DNA from: Balanoglossus misakiensis | Lineage: Eukaryota; Animalia; Hemichordata | Reading direction: 5' to 3' | Assembly (NCBI GenBank): GCA_040954595.2 | Contig: CM082589.2 | Span: 8,750,232 to 8,814,231, forward strand | Length of the DNA stretch: 64,000 bases | Shown here: in pieces, positions 61,801 through 64,000 of the stretch | Numbering within the stretch: the stretch's first letter is position 1 | Layout: each line of letters opens with the position of its first letter | Position numbers and translations under genes: made by a program | The notes under the pieces: generated by a model | Database searches by the model: none | Told to the model about the DNA's origin: nothing | The model's input: only the letters and a program-made list of their open reading frames with translations

Positions 61801-62693
61801 CTGATGCGAATTTTCACCAGATCCCAAAGGATCGTCTTGGAGAAGTGACCAGTAAATTCACTGACAGTGGACTGTGTAATATTTTTAACTCTTTTGATAT
61901 AAAAATCATCAGTCAAAAGTGAGATATTCATCCGAAAGAAACCCGGTCCTTTCTCACTTCGTTCTGTACATATCTTAACAAACACAGCTTGATGGTCAGA
62001 CAAGAAACATGGCCTGATATCTGCCTTCAGTGTCTTAGAACAAAGGGTATCCGAAATAAGAAAGAAGTCCAACCGACAGCGGATTGGAGGGGAGTTTTGT
62101 CGCCATGTGTACTGACGAGTAGACGGATTTAGCAAACGCCAAATATCGACTAAATCGTAACCATTCAAAAAACAATTTGTAAGAGTAGACGATGAAAGCG
62201 GATCAGGTCTGTTTCCCCCCTTTTTGTCAAAATTGACATCTAGTATAGTATTGAAATCGCCCCCCATAACAATACTATGGAGATTCTTATCTGCTAGCCG
62301 TGAAGAGATCTCCGTAAGAAATGCAACTCTGGAATTGACATTATTAGGCGCATAAATATTAACCAACGAAAAGGCAGAACTGCCAAGGTGACAGTTTAAA
62401 AAGAAAAACCTGCCATTGCTGTCATGATCAGAGTCGCTGAATAAAATATTATTGCTGATACTGTCATTAATGAGGATGGATACTCCGGTGCTATGATTCG
62501 ACTGGGCAAATGAATGAAAACAACGCCCTTTCCAGTCCTTTTCTATGGCATTCGCCAAGTCAGAGGTAATGTACGTTTCCTGGAGGAAGCAAATATGCGT
62601 TTTTTGTTGCTTAACCCAGTGAAAAAGCTTGGTACGTTTCGATCGATCTCTAATTCCTTTCACATTAAGGGTGAGGATATTTAGCGTGTCCAT
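58860..62693 (-). CDS. Tx1/L1-type ORF2: APE endonuclease + RT + C-terminal CCHC zinc finger (1277 aa)
   Basis: APE motifs TLNVKG, FLQET, NIYAPN, GGDFN, YTW, RLDFFLIS, SDH. Linker GARIRSR...GEKPTKYFLNLE. RT motifs KTPGPDGLPAEFY, WRPISLLNTDYKI, LDFSKAFD, GIRQGCPLS, VADD. C-terminal CCLC-x7-HLFLKC. Confidence 0.96.
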   Translation of the reverse strand: MDTLNILTLNVKGIRDRSKRTKLFHWVKQQKTHICFLQETYITSDLANAIEKDWKGRCFHSFAQSNHSTGVSILINDSISNNILFSDSDHDSNGRFFFLNCHLGSSAFSLVNIYAPNNVNSRVAFLTEISSRLADKNLHSIVMGGDFNTILDVNFDKKGGNRPDPLSSSTLTNCFLNGYDLVDIWRLLNPSTRQYTWRQNSPPIRCRLDFFLISDTLCSKTLKADIRPCFLSDHQAVFVKICTERSEKGPGFFRMNISLLTDDFYIKRVKNITQSTVSEFTGHFSKTILWDLVKIRIREFTICYSKELAKKRREEIKHLEKRLQQIERDLDDNLSSHTLSQYSVVKDQINKWYDYQVEGARIRSRVNWSLKGEKPTKYFLNLERKQARVSTIDSLKCSDDGRTVTSTQEIIDCCKSFYSKLYTSSNISENNIAEYLRLIYPENVLSEGEKACLDRDFMFQECTESVKSLKNGKTPGPDGLPAEFYKTCWEFIGPLVFDSIIEGLTKGTLSPSQRRAIIKLIHKKEERDQLLNWRPISLLNTDYKILAMAFARRLQTVLPKLISPDQTAYIKGRYIGQNIRLIQDIIDYTGDEDLEGAILFLDFSKAFDTLERNFLFAVLHKFNFGENFIGTIKTMYNSCESCVINNGWSSTYFGLHRGIRQGCPLSALLFLLAVEVMATHIRQSRDIVGININNVSVFFPTLTEIKISQVADDTTLFVSDDVSILRAIDVVKSFGSVSGLQLNVSKSEGLWLGAWKNRNDKPGGLMWEQQPIKSLGVFFGYDRLKCLLLNWEKKIERLKSVLNIWSRRKLSLYGKITVLKSLALPTIYYLMLNLGAFETWLTNINRLIFKFLWNDKPDKIKRLTLIGPYDCGGLNMPDIFAIHDAFCASWVRRLCDNSSAKWKALPLHWLGHYGPDFLIFHFNFSNISCFPFLERIPFFYKHVISAWHSAKGGCVTFSKLSHLDVRNQIIWGNVNISDNGKTLFFPGWIHSNIIYVQDIVDTNGDFLPPTLLLQKLENKSNWIVEWMKLRNLIPREWKSVLKGTQLHQMRREKNFLHVNGKVFVLPNDLSRLTSKFFYSIFVQNRFIRPYCENTWNRRLTMTTPLQWRTIWVNQTTGLCCDRKLAEFNFKIMHNILPCGINLLRWKISKNDLCCLCNVTDSYEHLFLKCQRLGDFWQRLSALLSKLGICHEVDLETIILGYKTMYSHPLYRFVNIVITIAKYCVFASWVHLQHDINSIRAKTNFDIFYRYLQFMHQILKRNNNLDFTHYWKKILASV

Positions 62694-62787
62694 GAGCCTG
62701 AAGCTATAGACAAAGGAAGGATGGCAGTCCCTTCAGTCGCTAGGAAAAAAAAGCTTACCTAAAAGCACTGCGAACAAAATAAAGTTT

Positions 62788-63936
62788 TCAAGGGTTGTGC
62801 CCTCTACGAAGATGAGTCTGTTCACGGTCCGGTTTACTTTTAAAGAAACTCGTGATCTTCTTACCAAGTCTTTCTTTGTTGATCGGCTGGCTATGCGGGG
62901 CTAACAGCAGCGAAGGACTTGTTTCGACTTCTTCTTCTTGTTGCTGCTCCTCCATTTTGTTGTCGACCTGGTAGTGGCGATAATGCAGTTTCCGGGCTTG
63001 GTTCTGTGCTCTGTTTCGTGGAGTAGCAACTTCCACATATGACAGATGAGCTTCATCTATGATGTTTAAGGTTTCAGCCGTGTTGGGACTGTGTGGCAAA
63101 TAATTTGGAATTGGTACATCTGGTCTGGTAGTAGCCCCCGACTCTGCTAGTTGTACCGGTTGATTCGGTTTTGGTGTCGATGTTCCCGCAGCCGGGTATT
63201 GCGGCAATTGTCGTTGAGTCCCATCGCTTTCTGCGTCAATTCTCGTGTCAACGTTCTGAATTTGCTCGGTCTGCATGGCTGACAGCTGTGTAGCGTTGCT
63301 GTCGGCTTCAACTGTCATTTGTCCGAAGTAAAAAATTCGGACTGAAAATCCTGCTATCATTAGATCGAATCGCGGGATTGGAACCTTTGGCGGGTTTTTC
63401 AGGTACACAACCCTATCCCCATTAAAGCAGTTTGTCAGCTTACCCCTGTAGCGAAGTCTCTCCTTGTTTACTCTGCTCACGAATTCGCACTCGTAGTTGG
63501 ACAGCTCATCCAGTATAGACTGGTCGTCAACGGAAAATGGCAGGTCTTTTATGCGGAGTTTGATCGCACCCATCTGTCTCATGCGTGTTGAGAATGCGAA
63601 GGGATTGTGTTCAAGAATCTCCACATTCCTTCCCCTAATTGACACTTGCTGTAACAGCAATTCATGCTTCGCGTCAATAGAATTTATGTAAATTCTCCAC
63701 AAAGCTCGGACACGTTGAATGGATGACAGGTTTTCAGGATTAATAACTTGTATCAAAGCATGGAAAACTTCTTCATCACTAAGAGGATTCTTTTTGGCTT
63801 CGTCCAGGCTTATAAATTGACGTTCGCTCAGGAACACAGTGTAATATTGCCTTCGAGATTGACCATTTCGATCCACAGTAGCCCATTGTTCGGGAGTTGC
63901 GTAGCCACTTGCCATTGTTGCGGTCGCGGAATACAT
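62788..63936 (-). CDS. Tx1-type ORF1 (putative RNA-binding/RRM-like protein, 382 aa)
   Basis: Lies upstream of ORF2. Motifs LWRIY...IRGRNV...NPF, IKDLPFSVDD, GKLTNCFNGDRVVY and IFYFGQ resemble Tx1 ORF1 as I recall it. The C-terminus is low-complexity and P/Q/E-rich. Confidence 0.82.
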   Translation of the reverse strand: MYSATATMASGYATPEQWATVDRNGQSRRQYYTVFLSERQFISLDEAKKNPLSDEEVFHALIQVINPENLSSIQRVRALWRIYINSIDAKHELLLQQVSIRGRNVEILEHNPFAFSTRMRQMGAIKLRIKDLPFSVDDQSILDELSNYECEFVSRVNKERLRYRGKLTNCFNGDRVVYLKNPPKVPIPRFDLMIAGFSVRIFYFGQMTVEADSNATQLSAMQTEQIQNVDTRIDAESDGTQRQLPQYPAAGTSTPKPNQPVQLAESGATTRPDVPIPNYLPHSPNTAETLNIIDEAHLSYVEVATPRNRAQNQARKLHYRHYQVDNKMEEQQQEEEVETSPSLLLAPHSQPINKERLGKKITSFFKSKPDREQTHLRRGHNP

Positions 63937-64000
63937 GTATAACGTTCACAGTGGCCACCAAACGGAAGTCACAGTAGAAACTGAGAGTTTGACAAGTAGA

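Larger units (their letters stand above)
58705..64000 (-). mobile_element. Tx1-clade (L1 group) non-LTR retrotransposon; 5' end lies outside the window
   Basis: An 18-nt poly(A) tail abuts satellite ...CCTGACTGTC. It is followed by a short AT-rich 3' UTR and two intact non-overlapping ORFs separated by 94 bp. The TSD cannot be assessed. Confidence 0.92.

Noticed and set aside
59272-63961. Short alternative-frame ORFs within the Tx1 element
   Set aside because: They overlap the real ORF1/ORF2 and carry no domain signal.

Overview
Eukaryotic (most likely animal) satellite DNA, probably centromeric or pericentromeric. About 52 kb of the window is a head-to-tail array of a 130-bp monomer (consensus TTGGCACAAACAGTCTCAGGAAGTAAGCTTTCAGCCTACCAATGTAGCTATTGTATTTTCCACTTTTTGTAAGTGAAGCCTGACTGTCGCCTGTCTTAGGTCACCACTTCATAAGCGGTCTTACCCGTCA). 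There are roughly 400 copies, mostly within 0-3 changes of consensus, organised in local 3- to 17-monomer duplications. The first 43.8 kb is uninterrupted. The last 20 kb carries three insertions. (1) An apparently full-length, intact CR1/L2-group LINE (43766-48854, minus strand) with ORF1 = PHD + coiled coil + SGNH esterase + 2 CCHC knuckles, ORF2 = APE-RT, a (TAAA)n tail and no TSD. (2) A 1.56-kb non-autonomous foldback/MITE-like DNA element with a duplicated right end (49993-51555). (3) An intact Tx1/L1-type LINE (58705 to beyond the window end, minus strand, poly(A) tail). No host genes, RNA genes or CRISPR are supported. The best candidate for new biology is satellite-targeted transposition, which is inference and needs genome-wide checking. 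All alignments and counts were done by eye.
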